From: Cenococcum geophilum
Taxonomy: Eukaryota
DNA: 64,000 nucleotides
Assembly: GCA_050273025.1 (NCBI GenBank)
Contig: CP158635.1
Span: forward strand, 21,700,001-21,764,000
Direction of reading: 5' to 3'
The stretch's first letter is position 1. Every line of letters begins with the position of its first letter. The position numbers and the translations under genes were made by a program. The notes beneath the pieces are model-generated. The model worked only from the letters and a program-made list of their open reading frames with translations, was not told the DNA's origin and searched no databases. Positions 14,106 through 27,334 of the stretch are shown here, piece after piece.

Positions 14106-14499
14106 GCTTTAAAAGTTAAAGCAGCTCTAGGAGCAATTCCGAGATTTATATCCCCTTTATACTATATTATATAAGAGGCCTTTATAGTACTAGATAAAGG
14201 AAAAAGAGCTAGATAAGTTTAATCTTAAAGAAAGGATTGTTTAACTATAAAGCCTTAATAAGTATAAGGATTACTACTCTAAAGCTCCGTATAAAATATA
14301 GAGCCTAGCTCTTTATTAGTGGACTTAAAAGCTATAAAGAAAATAATAGCTAAAGCTTTTAATAATAGGGTCTATAGGAAGTTACGTGTCCCATAGTATA
14401 TAGCTTAAAGTCTCTATATAAAGAACTTTAAGCGTTAATAATATTATCTAATTGAATTCGAATATGCTAGTTCTCGTTAATTAAAGCTACTATTAATTT

Positions 14500-16500
14500 A
14501 TTTATTCTGATCTTATTTAACCGTTAAATCTCCTCCCTTAAAGCCTTGAATTTAGGCCGTTGCTATTACTCCTCTCCGCTATCCCCTATCTACTCCTTAT
14601 AACAAATTCTTTTAAAGACGCTCCTGCACATAGCACACGCTCTTATTCGCGTGTTCTTAATAGTAAAGGCTCGCAGACGCATCGCCCTTTTATTACTATG
14701 GCCACTACGCCTTCTACTACAGCTATAGCTGCAGCTAAAAAGCGCCTATAGGATATTTATAAATAAGAGCTAAAAGACTATAAGCAGGAGCACGCTTATA
14801 AGGCAGCTTTAAACTAGGCTACCCTTAAAGCACTTACTGCTTCTATAGCCTAGGTAAAGTTGGCTACGGAAGAAATATATTAGGCTTGGCTTGCCGCTAT
14901 TAAGAAGAACCCTACTATAATTAACGCGGTAAAGACTAACTCCGGTAAGTTTTCTCTCCCTCCTACTATAAAGAGCCTAGATTTGCTTCTTTCTAGGATC
15001 CTAATTTCTAAAGTTACTGTAATCTAGAAGGGTATATTTGTTCTAAAGAACCTTATAAAGCTATATAATAACCCATCTAGAATTAACTCTAATTAGATAA
15101 AGTTAACGGTAAATAGAAGAGTTATTACCTCCAGTAAGGGCTTTAGAAAGGACTTCTCCTCTATAGATATTTAGCTTAAGGGCTTTACTAACTATAGTAT
15201 TATCGTCTAAACCCTCTAGGCTATTATAATAGTAAAATTCTACTAAGCTATTATAGGCTTCTCTGCATAGTTATCTGGAATAGTATTCTTAATTTAGCCC
15301 TAGTTGTCTGCTAGAGAGCTATAAGGCTTAGTTAAACTAACCTTACTAACTAGGCTATTCCTATTAAACTATAAGCAGCTAACTATAATTTCGCCACCCT
15401 ACGCCTAGCCCTATTACCCTCCTATAGTAGTTTATTATCTAAACGCCCTTAGGTAGAGATATCTACCTTATCCCTATAGGGCTAGGTATATAGTAATTAG
15501 AATATAGGCTGTCCGTGCTTTAAATTACTATACTTTTATTAATATCTCTATAAAGTATATAGAGGGAATTACATTAAGAAAGACTGTAAGGGGTCTTTAT
15601 AATAATTTATACCCCCTCCGCGCCTAAACTTAATACTAAAATTTAAGGTATTTACCCTAGGGTATCTACTTTATACTTCGCCGTCGCTATTAAACGCGCT
15701 AGCCTAGAGGGATAAGCTACTCCTATACCCTAAAGAGCTCGGCCCTTTAATTAAGGGTATTCTAATATATAGCGCACGGATTAGAGTTACTGCCTTATTG
15801 CTAGCACGTATATGTTTAAATTAACTCCTATCTAATACTAACCTAGGAGTAATTATTATAAAAATTGCTACTAATCTACCTATTAGCTGTATTGCTATTT
15901 ATCCGCCTAAAGCAATCTGCTACTCCTCCTTAGGACTTATACTTAAGCTAGATGGAACCTTCCACCGTATTTATAATCTCTCTTCGCCTAAGCCTCGCCA
16001 AGGTCTTTTTGTTAACGCCGCTATTCTAGAGGCCTACTTTACCCTCACCTATAGTACTATAGATAATATTCTAGTACTTATCCTCACTAGGAAAGAAGCC
16101 GTTATCCTTAAATGTGATTTTAAAGACGCTTTTTAGAATATCCTAGTTGCTATTACTAACTAACGCCTACTAGGTTTTAAGTGGGAAAAGATAGTATATA
16201 CTAAATGCTGCCTCCCCTTTAGTTTAGCTACTACGCCCTTCCTTTTTAACCTTTTTATAGAAGCCCTATATTAGATTCTTAAACGCCGCCTTTATTTAAT
16301 TATTGCTTTCTTTACGCTAGTTTATTATCTAGATAACTTTATATTTATTTTACGCCTAGGCACTAGTTATTTACTAGTAGTTTACGTATATAATCTTATA
16401 ATTATACTACTTAGTTTCCCTCCTATAGCACAGTGTTAGATATACTAGGTTATTAGATTAATACTAATACTTTTATCTTATCCCTTAGCCCTATTAAGTA
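14500..16500 (+). mobile_element. DIRS/Ngaro-type (YR) retrotransposon fragment: gag-like ORF and reverse transcriptase
   Basis: RT reading SSLGLILKLDGTFHRIYNLSSP..VNAAI..LTYSTIDNIL..VILKCDFKDAF*NILV..LLGFKW..CLPFSLATTPFLFNLF..YYLDNFIF (15925-16350) is DIRS/Ngaro-like. ORF1 from ATG 14698 ends in a de-RIPed Cys/His finger (~15490-15590). No RNase H or recombinase seen. Boundaries approximate. Confidence 0.8.
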
Positions 16501-18352
16501 GATAGCATTATAAGATCTAGCAGAGATTTATAAACACTTAATATTAATATTAGGTCCAAACTAATACTAATAAAACTCTTAGGGCGTTAGCTTATAGTTA
16601 ATAAAAATATACTAAAGCCTAGAATAAATAGAGATATTAGCTACCTAGTATAGTTTACTAGTAGAACCACTAAGACCTTACTATAGTAACTATTAGTTAC
16701 CTATCTACTAAGTACCTAAAGGGCAACCTACCTAATAACGTATTATATTATACTCTTTTAAAACTTAACGCGTATATATAAACTCCTTTTTATAGTAGAC
16801 AGCGACCTTCTTTTTATTACCTCTATTTCTTACCCTATCCTTAATATACTAACCTTACTCTTATATTAGGCGTTACTAGCTAGCTTACTAGAAATTATAG
16901 GCGGTATAGATAGCTATAGCATAGTCTTAAATTTAACTAAAACGTTTAATATTAGCGCTAAAATAAGATAAAGCCTGGGCAATATAGTAGTTAAGAATAT
17001 TAGAGAATCGTCGCCACTTAGGCCTAGGCTATTAAAGCTTAAAGTTAGTAATGGAAATCTATTAAGGATAGAAAAGCTTACCTTAACATAACTACCGCTC
17101 TTAGTACGCATGCATTAATTATAAGGACTAAAGGTATTAGATCTAATATAGTGCGTCTTATTATAAGCCTCTAGAATCCTATTATTAGATTTCTAATCTT
17201 TTAAAGACGTATAGGTAAAATTATTTAGGTAGGACTAGCACTAGTTACAGGTTAGCGGAGGTTAGGGTTTTATATATAAAGGTAGGGCTAAAATACGCTA
17301 TAAAATTTACTTAAAAAAGTAGTTAGTAAAGGAATAAAGAGGTATATTAAATTATTAATAGAAAAGAAGAAAATCTTAATAATATATTAAAGATACGTCT
17401 AAAATTAGATAAAGGTTGGCGATAGAAAGTAAGGTATTAAAAAGAAGGATTAAGCTTAATAAGTAAAGTATTTTTATACTTTACCATCTAATACCCTTCT
17501 AGTAAATAGCCGCAACCTTACTAATATAACTCCGTTATAATAGCGCTATTTTAAAAAAAAGAAAACACGCGTATAAGCTATTTAGCTATTACTTCCTTAT
17601 AAAAACTAAGTACGTGGCCAAGGGAAGGCAATTAAAACGTTAATTAAAAACGTATATAGGTTAAATTATACCTAAACAATACTATAGTATTAAAAGATTA
17701 ATATTATAGACGTTTTTAACAATTATATAATAGCTATAATTACTATTATAAAGTGTCCCTATTTGCTGTAGTAAAGCTACGCTAACTATATAGTATAGAA
17801 CTACTAAATTTAAAAGCATATACACTAAATCTTAAGATATAAGTCTCTTTAACTAACTAATTAATACCTTAACTATATTTAATAGCCTAAGAGTAAATAT
17901 AAAAGTAATGCGTTAGTAACGTAGGGGATTATAAGAAAAGGATTATAGACTATATTTTAGCAGTTAAAGATAACGGCAAGCTAAGGCTCTATATGTTAAA
18001 TTCTATACTTAAAGGTTCTATAGAACTATGCTAGAACACTAAATTACCTATAATACTTATAATTAATTATAAACCGGCATAAAGGCTTAGAAGTAGAGTT
18101 GTATAAAAATTCCTATATTAGCCTAGGTAGTTACTAGCATACTTTTAATAGGTCTTTTAGCAATTCTTATATCTTTTCTCTAATTATATATTTTTTCTTT
18201 TTAAGGTTTTTTAGAAGTTTAAAGCAGAGATTAGATAGATAGATAATATACAGCGGTATACCAACGCCTCTTTAATATTTCTTTAAACCCCTTCTAGAAT
18301 AAGCCCTTATAATCTCCCTACTATAAGGTAATAGCGATTAGGGGCTAACTAT

Positions 18353-18485
18353 AAGAAAGGGAGGGGTAATGTAAAAGATATTATTGTAGATACCTTAGGC
18401 TACCCTTAAGATAACCCCTAGACGCCCCTTAAATAGTCGCCGGTTATATACTAAAGGTATATACCTATAGTATATAGTCTTTACA
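18353..18485 (+). repeat. Polypurine tract followed by a short LTR-like unit
   Basis: aagaaagggagggg then TGTAAAAGA (18370) ... TCTTTACA (18485); unusually short at 116 bp. Confidence 0.4.
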
Positions 18486-18749
18486 ATTCTAAAGGCCTTA
18501 CCTTCTTAAGGATTTGTCTCTCTTACTAATCTATTATTAGCGACTTAGTTAATTAAGGCACGAGTATAGTATAAGGGACGCGCAAGCCTATATAATTAGG
18601 TTGTCTATAAATAAGAATCTAAAGCTAGGGAAAGAAAAGGAGAAGAAGAGTAGCGCCACTTAATGTTTTATAAGATCTTTGTGTCTTATAACCGCAATAT
18701 ACGGTAATCTGTAGCAACTTACTAGTGCGAAGTTCTGCTAAGTTCTACT

Positions 18750-19960
18750 AACTAAGTTCTGCCATTTTCTGCTAGTGCCGTAATAGCTAAAAGGATATTA
18801 ATAAGACCTATAGTAGTAAGAGCTTCCTAAAGACGTTCCGAGTTCTATTCTAGTAAATTAGATATACCGTTTAACTAAATAGATAGGACCCTATTAGGAG
18901 AAGTTAGGGCTAATCCTTATAGAAAGGAAAAAATAAAAGCTAAAATGTCCCTTTATAGAGTAAAGGTTAACTTACTAGGATTAGTGAGAGTAATAAGGTT
19001 AAAAGAGACAGTATAAGACTTCTTAGTAGTAGTAAAGCTAAATCTGGCTAAAGGGCTAGAATAGATCCTAGTAGTGCTAAAATAGGGTACCTTAGTCGCA
19101 ATTACCTTGTTAACTCCAGGAAGGTCCTCTTCGGAAGAATTAAGGTTAATTTTAACCCGCTCGCGTTTAGGTGTGGCCTTATAGCGCCGTTTACTGCTAA
19201 ATAAGTGTAGATAGGGCGTAGGAGCAGTAGATAAGGCACTAAAGGCAACAGAGCTAGAAGATGCCTTAGTAACGCCGTGTTTAGCTAAAGCGGCCCTAAT
19301 AGAGTGATTGTAATGCGGAAGTTTCTTACTGGACCCATTAAAGTAATAAGTGCCTATATAGGCCGTGAGATTATTATTTTTAAGAATATAATAGCTATTA
19401 GGGTTAATAGGAAACTAAAAGGACTAGAAGAAATTACTTATATATAAAGCGCCTTTATTAAAACTATATAAGCACCGTCTACGTTACCTTAAAGAGTCTT
19501 AATCTAGTCCGTATCTCCTTAGTTAATAGCTAAGATTAAGTCCTAAGCGAGCTTCTAAAACTTAATAGATTGGTTAAATAAGTGTTTAGGGATCTATAGG
19601 ACCAGTTAGTCTAATAAAAGCAACACTTAACTAAAAAGGTATAATCTAGATTTAATAGGAACCGACTTAGCTATAACAAAGTAAACTACTTCTAAAGTAC
19701 CTATAATAGCGAAAATTGGAAATAAACTAGGCTATATTAAGACTGGCCGCTATAGAGATAAAACAGATTATATTAAACCGTTAGACCTCCTTATTATAGA
19801 ACTGTTTAAGCCACTTTAGGAACTTAGAGAAATAATTATAGCAACCATTAGTCGTCGGGGTCTATTTTAATTTATTATTATAAATTTAGGCATAACTCTC
19901 TCCTATTACTACTATATTGGGCTAAAGGATAATAGACTTAAGTAAGTAGGTCCTAGATAA
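18750..19960 (-). pseudogene. Antisense, multi-intron Cys-rich accessory gene in the 3' region of an LTR retrotransposon
   Basis: Reading TNGCYNYFSKFLKWLKQF..IICFIS..FRYYRYFRSSLLC; putative introns end in actaac..tag and attaac..tag; Ser/Pro-rich C-terminus. Lies directly upstream of the PPT/LTR at 20291-20530. Ends approximate. Confidence 0.55.
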
Positions 19961-20304
19961 AGAAGAAAAAAAAAACTAAAAAAGAAGTAAACTATTGCTA
20001 ATTAAAGTTAGTTAAAATATTTGGGACTACAAGGGTTAGAAGTGTTAGTAAAATTATTAATAAGGGCCAAAAGAGCTTATAAAGAGCTAGAGAGGAGCAA
20101 ATTGGACTAAAAATAGGATAAAATTTAAGAATAAGTTACTAAGATTAATAAAAGAATAACTAAAGAGCTTAAAGATTTAAATTCTAGAACTATCTTATAA
20201 AATAGTGCCAAGCCACTAGTCCCTAGTCTCTTAGCTAAGAAAGCTTAATTTCTAAAGAGCCATATTAAGGATTTTGGGGTCGCAATCTGTAAGAAGGGGG
20301 GCTC

Positions 20305-20530
20305 TATTACAAATAGTAATAATTTAGTAATAATTAGAGCAGAGGAGGACTTACCACCTTATATAAGGCCTAAGTAGACCTAAGTTAGGATAATAAGGTA
20401 TATCTAGTCTAAGCTATAAATAGAATTAGACTAATTGGAGGCTTTACCTTAATCTAGTAAAGTCCTAACTAGACGGCGCTAGATAAAACCACAAGCAGCT
20501 ACTCTAGTAGGGAGATAGCTGTTCGTGATA
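20305..20530 (+). repeat. 3' LTR preceded by a polypurine tract (aagaaggggggctc, 20291-20304)
   Basis: Ends tattacaa...ttcgtgata are consistent with RIPed TGTTAC...GTGACA immediately after a PPT. Confidence 0.7.
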
Positions 20531-21037
20531 TATTAAATACGGATAGTATCCTCTATTAACCAGTCGTGCCGAGTTAAGCCTTTTTCTACTATATTAACCT
20601 TAGGAACTCCTAGTTCCTTATAGGTAAGTTATATTTAGGGGCATAAAATACGTATAGTATTATATGCTCTTTTAGATAATAGTGACTATTAATTCCATTA
20701 AGGTAGACTACGTAGTCTATATACTAATACGCCTCCCCTTAATTAGTTAGTACTTTATAAATAAGTAATTAGTATACCAAACGCGTAATTACGCGTTTGG
20801 TATACTACGTGCTATAATTATATACTGGCGGCACTTAAAAATAGACTTACTTATATATAGCCCCCGTAATTGCTTTAATAGAACCGTAAAACACAAAAGG
20901 AATATATAGGAAATCCCTCCTAAGGTGCCTTTTAGGCTGCCTTCTAAATGGTGCTCTAAGCTGGCTATAAGTCCTATTTACGGTCCGTAAAATAAACTAT
21001 AAGTGCTCCATTAGTCTCGTTCCACCCATTCTATAAC

Positions 21038-24000
21038 TATTCGTACTAACTTAATAGCACGAGTGAGTTAGATCCAGGGGTACGAAATACGTATAGTATT
21101 GTATACTCTTTTGGATAATGGTAACTGTTAATTATATGAAGCAGACTACGTGGTCTATATACTAATGCACCTCCCCCCTAATTAGTTAGTGCTTCATAAG
21201 TGCACCAGACGCGTAAGCGGGTGGTTAGTGCACTGGACGCGTAAACGCGTACCTAGTGTACCGAACGCGTAAGCACGCGGTTGGTATAATAGGTGCTGTA
21301 ATTATACACTAGCGGTACTTAAAAAATGAAACCACCTGTATACAGCCTCTATAATTGTTTTAATAAAACCATAAAATATAAAGGAAAATATATAGGAAAT
21401 AGAACTATAAGATGCAAAGGAAGTATATAGGAAACCCCCTCCCGAGGTGCCTTCTAGGCTACCTTCTAAATGGTGCTCCAAGCTAGTTATAAGTCAGATC
21501 TTAAGGGCCGCCAAGGCGCTAGTACTAAGCGAGCCAATGGCGATTTTCCATCCCGGGGATGGAAAATCGTGATTGGTCAATTTAACTACTATGGCAGAAT
21601 AATAGGCCGTATAAGCCGTACGGCCTTCTAACAGGCCGTAGACGTACCGTAAATGCTCCGTTAGTCTCGTTCCACCCATTCCGTAACTTCTAGGTTAAGC
21701 TTATTCGTATTAATTAGGGTTTTAAGGGCTTAACACGGCTTTGCCTTAGTTATGGCGTCTATTAGGTTATTTCCGCCGCTGATCTATTTAACCTCCGCAA
21801 TTTCACGTCGTTTATAGGCTTAATGTAAGCACATTAGGTCAACTATAAGCCTCTTCTCTTATATCGTACCTAGTTTAACTAGGCAGTCGTAGAGGGACTT
21901 TAAATCGGTGCATAAAACTAGGGGTAACTGCTCTAGTTGTAGAATCTTCTAGACCGTTAATTTAATTGCGGCTACTATATTAAAGCTATAAGCTAATATA
22001 TATAGTTTAGAAGCTAGTACACTGCGGGTTACTTATTTGCACTTAATTAAAGACTAATATAGTATATTTACGTCCTAATTATGGTCCGTAAGTATAATTA
22101 CAAAGCCGATCTATAATAATAGGTCTTTATTATTAGTAAAGGAGGCGTCTATAAATGCCAGTAAGCTAAGGGAACTTAGGTCTAGTGGTACAAAAGTAAG
22201 TCCCCTTACTGCATTGTCAATTTGCTACTAAATACGCTTATTAAGCTGCTTAATATTTTCTTCTTACAGATCTACTACCTAGGCCGTAAAGGATAAATTG
22301 TAGGCAGATTCGGGTTAGCAAACTGTGGCAATATAGGCGCCTCTTACACGCTATACAACGTATTAGTCCTTTATATTTACGGTCTTACGGGTCTCTCTAC
22401 AGGAGCTAGTAAGGTCTATAGGCTTTACTATAACAGGCTTTAGGTTTTAAGCCTAGCGTTCCTAAGTTAGCTTAATTAGGTTGCCCTTTTATATAATTAG
22501 GCCTCTATTAAACTTAATCGGATTCTACTTAGTTAACTACTCTTACGGCTTTGCCAAAAACTTAGCCTTTTATAGTTTAGTTTCTTTAGCGTCTATAAAG
22601 GTCTAGTCTGCTAGGAATAGGGTATTATCTATTTAAAGTCTAACAATACTAAGGCCGTTTAATAGGCTATATAGGAGGTAGGGGTCGTAGGTTAACTGTT
22701 CTATTTTAAGTTTATTAATATAGTACTAGTAGTATATCTTAAACTAATAGTTTCTAGCTTCTAGTACTCCGTATAGAGGTTTTACAACCTATAGTATTGT
22801 TCCTAGTTATAGGTTAAGCTTGGGGGGTGGCCGTATAAAGATGTCCCTACTTAGGTAGGTATTAGACTGCATATAGGCTTATAAGATATCCCGTAAGTAT
22901 AGGGCTACGGGTTTAGTTTACTGTAGTCCTGGCATAAGTGCAAGTATAATCCATTAGCTAACTTATTAAATTATAGGTAATTGCGTAAGGACTAAGTCCT
23001 TTCCTTTATCATTATAAGCTTATATAACAAGCCTTAATTTCTTAAAGGCTTTATCAGTACTAGGGTGCTTAATCTCGTTAATAAAGCATAAGTTAAATAT
23101 ACGGACGCCTTACGGAACGTCTCTCTCTATTATAACCGCAAAGATACCCTTTTTAAGTAGTCTATTAATCTCTTTACGTTATAAGTTCGTAAAAGGGGTT
23201 TCCTATACTAGAACTAATATATCTATAGGCGGAGATTGCCTTACGGATATTCCTACGGAGGTTAGATAATTCTCTATCTTAGGGTTCTTAGTTACGGGGT
23301 GCTTTTAGGGGCGTCCTCGACCACGCTTTACGGTAGGTTTAGTAGGTTTAGTGGGTTTCTAGGGGACTTCTAGGGTAGGTAAGGGTGCTTCCAGTTTATC
23401 TAATTCGGCGGTCGCTTCTAGTTCGTTTAGTTTGGCGTCATGGGTATTTTTGGGCCAAAAGTAGGGTTTTACGGACGTGCTCCTAAAGCTAGTTGGGCCG
23501 CTAGGGAGTTATACACAGCATGTCTTATCTTCTACAGCTAGTAGATGATAAGGTCCGGTTTAGTTGCCGCTCTTACGCTATATAAGGACTTTAGAATTAA
23601 GTAGGAGGTTATAAACTAAGGTTATATTGGGTCCGTTGCGGTAATATAGGGCGCTATTAACAGCTTATTTGGCCCGTAATTTAACTATTTCGGCTATTGC
23701 CTTCTATATTGCAGCTGCTTATTCCGTAATAGATGGGGCAGAAGGGCCTAGGTTGCTTATCCTTAGGTAGGCTCCATAGACTAAAAGGGTAGGTACTAGT
23801 CCGTTAGGGCTAGCGGTGTTATTAACGGCTTTTATGGCCATCTATAGAGCCAGTTCCTTTTAAATGTCCTTATATTCGTTTATAATAATCTAGTAAGCTC
23901 TCCGTAAGGCTAAGTAAGCTCGCTTAATAAGCTTAATAGACTAATACGCCTTAACTAGGACAGCTTTTATTAATATAGCTATAGCCGTAGCATACTACTG

Positions 24001-27000
24001 GAATTCCTTACTAATAAAGTTCTTACTGGCGTCGTGGGTAATATACTTAGGGGGTCTAACGTATATGTCAATCTAGTAGGTCCGTAAAATATCCCAAGTA
24101 TATTTTATAAATATATTTTGCAACTAACGGGCGGCTTAATAGCGGGTTGCCTCGTCAATTATATATAATACTAGACTGCCGTTAATATATATAATGTCTA
24201 CATATATTAAGTAGTTAAAGTTAAGGTCCTTATAAAGGGTAAACTTAAATTAGCCTAGGGAACGTCTGTATTTCTAGCAAAAAGAGCAGTATTTAGTTAG
24301 GTGGTTAATTGCCTTCCTATTGACGTTATTGTATCCAGAGCGTTTAAGGACTCTATATAGCTTTTCGGCTAACAGGTAACCGAAGCAGCGGTATAGGCGG
24401 TAGATCTTAGTACTGGTAAGGTAGCATGGGTTATAGTTAAAAGATTCCTAAATATAGGTTCGTAAAGTCTCTCTCTATATAAGGAACGGGTGTCTAAATC
24501 GTCGTATAATTAGTAGGGTAATATACTTACTTCCTAGGGCAGTTATAGGGCCAATTACGGTGTCTGTAACATTATTATAGTAGACCTATAACCTATCTAT
24601 GTCCGCAAGATAGAGTAGGAAAGGGGTGTCCGCTTTTATTACGTAGAAGTTAACTAGGCCAATTAGAGTCTTAACCGTAACTAATCTAATTAATGTAGTT
24701 AAGCCGATGCCAAATTAGACGTTTACGGCCTTAGTTTACATAACGTTAATGTCCGTATTATTATTTGTAGTGTTCCTATATATAAGGTATTATCTATAAC
24801 CTATAATAGACTTTTTAGAGGCACCTGTGTCGATTATAACACTATAGAATTCCTTAGGGGTATAGCGTTCTGTGGTAATATATGCAAATAGATCCTATTT
24901 ATGGTCCGTAACGTCTATAATAGGGGTACTTATAAATTAGTTTTTGGGCGCAATTAAGTGTATAAATAAGCGGTCGGCTAATACGGTTATAATATTAAAG
25001 GCTTAGCTATCCGTAAAAGGTCCGAAAGTAGTTAGGAACGTCTCTAAGGTCTCCTGTTCCTATATATTTAAGTTAAAGTCAATTATAAGGGCTTCCATTA
25101 ACTTATTAAGGGACTCCTCCGCTTCCTCTCCTTTATAGTCTAAGATAAACTAGTTAATCCGATTGTTAAATCTCTTCTTAGACTTATTACGTTCTTCCTA
25201 GGTATGCCTTATAGACTAACATCCTTCCTTACTGTATATAAAGCACTTCTAACTGGTTCGTTTACGGGGGTATACTTTTATACGGGAGTTGCTATAGGGG
25301 TTGCAAGTAGGACTTGGTCGGTACGGGTACTGCTAGCGGTAGCGGCGGTCCGTAAAGTAGGCATTTAAGTCAGTTTGTGGGTCTTGTAGGTCTGTAATAA
25401 AGGCTTAAATACTGCCTGGCGGGTTTAAGGCTTCGTACATTGTAATGGAGGACCGTAAATCGTTAATAAGGCTAGCTACGGTGTCTGCGGGCTTATAATA
25501 GGCGTATTTACAGGGTTCTATTTCCTAGCAAGCCGTAATAAGTTTATTGTGCAGGAAGTCATCCGTTTAAAGCTTAATATTAAGACCGTGCTATAGGTGG
25601 CGAAGGTCTTTAATAAGGATCTGCAGGCACTCTATGGTCAATTTTTTAGTGTTCTTATCCATTACGGTCCGTAACTTGGTCGCATTCCATTAGGTAAAGA
25701 TATTACGTTTATATTCCGGTCCTTTAAAGTAGTTACGTATAGCTTTATATAGCTTATTAAAGGGAACACTAAGGGGGTTACTCTTAAGGTTAGTGTAGTA
25801 GTGGTTAAGTACTAGGCCATGTAGTATGGTAGAGTAGGCTTAGCTAAACTCCTATTTAGGGATATCGGCCTTCTAACAAAGGTCCGTAAAGATAGTTAGT
25901 TTAAAATTAAAATTATCGTTTTCACTACTATACTTAGATTCGTTAGTATAGAGCTTAGCTAGGTTAGCTAGCTCCTTGCCGTAGGTCTTTACTTAAGTGG
26001 GTTGCGGGTCTATAACTTACAGATCTGTGGCTTACGGATCTGTGGCTTATAGATATATAGTTTACGGATATATGGCTTAAATAACGGAAGGGGTTTAGTC
26101 CGTAATTTGATTTACGGGGGTATTATAGTCCGTAATTTAGGTTATGGGGGTATTGCGGTCCGTAACTTGAGTACTAGGTATACTTTAGCCCGTAAGATTA
26201 ATTTCAAAATCGCTTAGGTTTATAGGACGAATTTAGTTAAGTAGGTTAGGTATAAGGCTAGTAATTATATTAAGTTTGGAAGAAATAAAGAGTTCCTTAG
26301 TTTCTTAGAACTGGTCTAGGATTTCCTCTTTAGTTTATTCCGTTTGGTCCTTCTCGTATATTATGTTGTATAAGGACTATATAACAGTAACTCGTTTATT
26401 CCTTTTAACCTATATACCTTAGTTATATAAAAGGGTTCGTAGTTTACGGATGGTAATAGGGTTATAGGCCTTAAAAATAGCTTCTGTAAAGTCCGTAAAG
26501 TCTTTCTGGTATTGCTCCTATAAGTTATTATATATAAGCTTAAAGTATTTATATTTAAGGATTTTAAAACTAATATAGTCGTTAACGTTGTTTGTAGACG
26601 TAACGTCGACTCCTTATCTCTACTTCTTTTGACCTTCGCTAACTTGCTTACTAATGTCTACCATACTATATAGTACGTGGCGGGTGGAAGAGGTCTTGTA
26701 GTAGTCCGTAAAGGTGGTTAATATCCGTAGCAGTTTGCAGAAGGGTATTATAGCGGTCCGTAGAGGCAATTAATAGGTCCGTAGTGGTTTGTAGAAGGGT
26801 AAGAGGTCTCCGTAAGGGGTCTGAGAGAGGTTAGAGGTATTGGAGGAGGGTAGGGGGTTCCGTATAGGTCTGTATTCGCGTCTATAACTTCCGATAAACC
26901 GTACTAAGACTTAAATAAGTATACAGAGTTGGTGATAGTCTGTAATCCCCGACTTCTAACCTTCTAGTAGGTCGTACTAGGAGTCTAAACAGGTAGTCGC

Positions 27001-27334
27001 TGTTGTATATCGCTTGGTGGGAGGTGTTAAGTAATTACTAATCTGTGCGCGCTTACTGATTAGTGTTCGTACTAACTTAATAGCACGAGTGAGTTAGATC
27101 CAGGGGCACGAAATACGTATAGTATTATATGCTCTTTTGGATAATAGTGACTGTTAATTGTATAAAGCAGACTACGTGGTCTATATACTAATGCACCTCC
27201 CCCCTAATTAGTTAGTGCTTTATAAGTGCACCAGACGCGTAAGCGGGTAGTTAGTGCACTAGACGCGTAAACGCGTACCTAGTGTACCGAACGCGTAAGC
27301 ACGCGGTTGGTATAACAGGTGCTGTAATTATACA
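21038..27334 (-). mobile_element. Inner full-length GalEa-clade Copia element
   Basis: 271-bp LTRs at 21038-21308 and 27064-27334; 5-bp TSD ATAAC (21033-21037, 27335-27339). Gag-pol remnant ~26885..21661 with IDTGAS protease, RLYRCFGY integrase start, RT (LYGVLEARN, *IDNTL) and RNase H, in Copia order PR-IN-RT-RH. Confidence 0.93.

Noticed and set aside
20561..20582. tRNA-Ser-like string gtcgtgccgagttaagcc
   Set aside because: Gapped match only; no anticodon arm, T-loop or acceptor stem.
26020..26190. 15-bp and 30-bp tandem repeats as a separate element
   Set aside because: In-frame low-complexity repeats in GalEa gag; the outer copy simply has fewer units.
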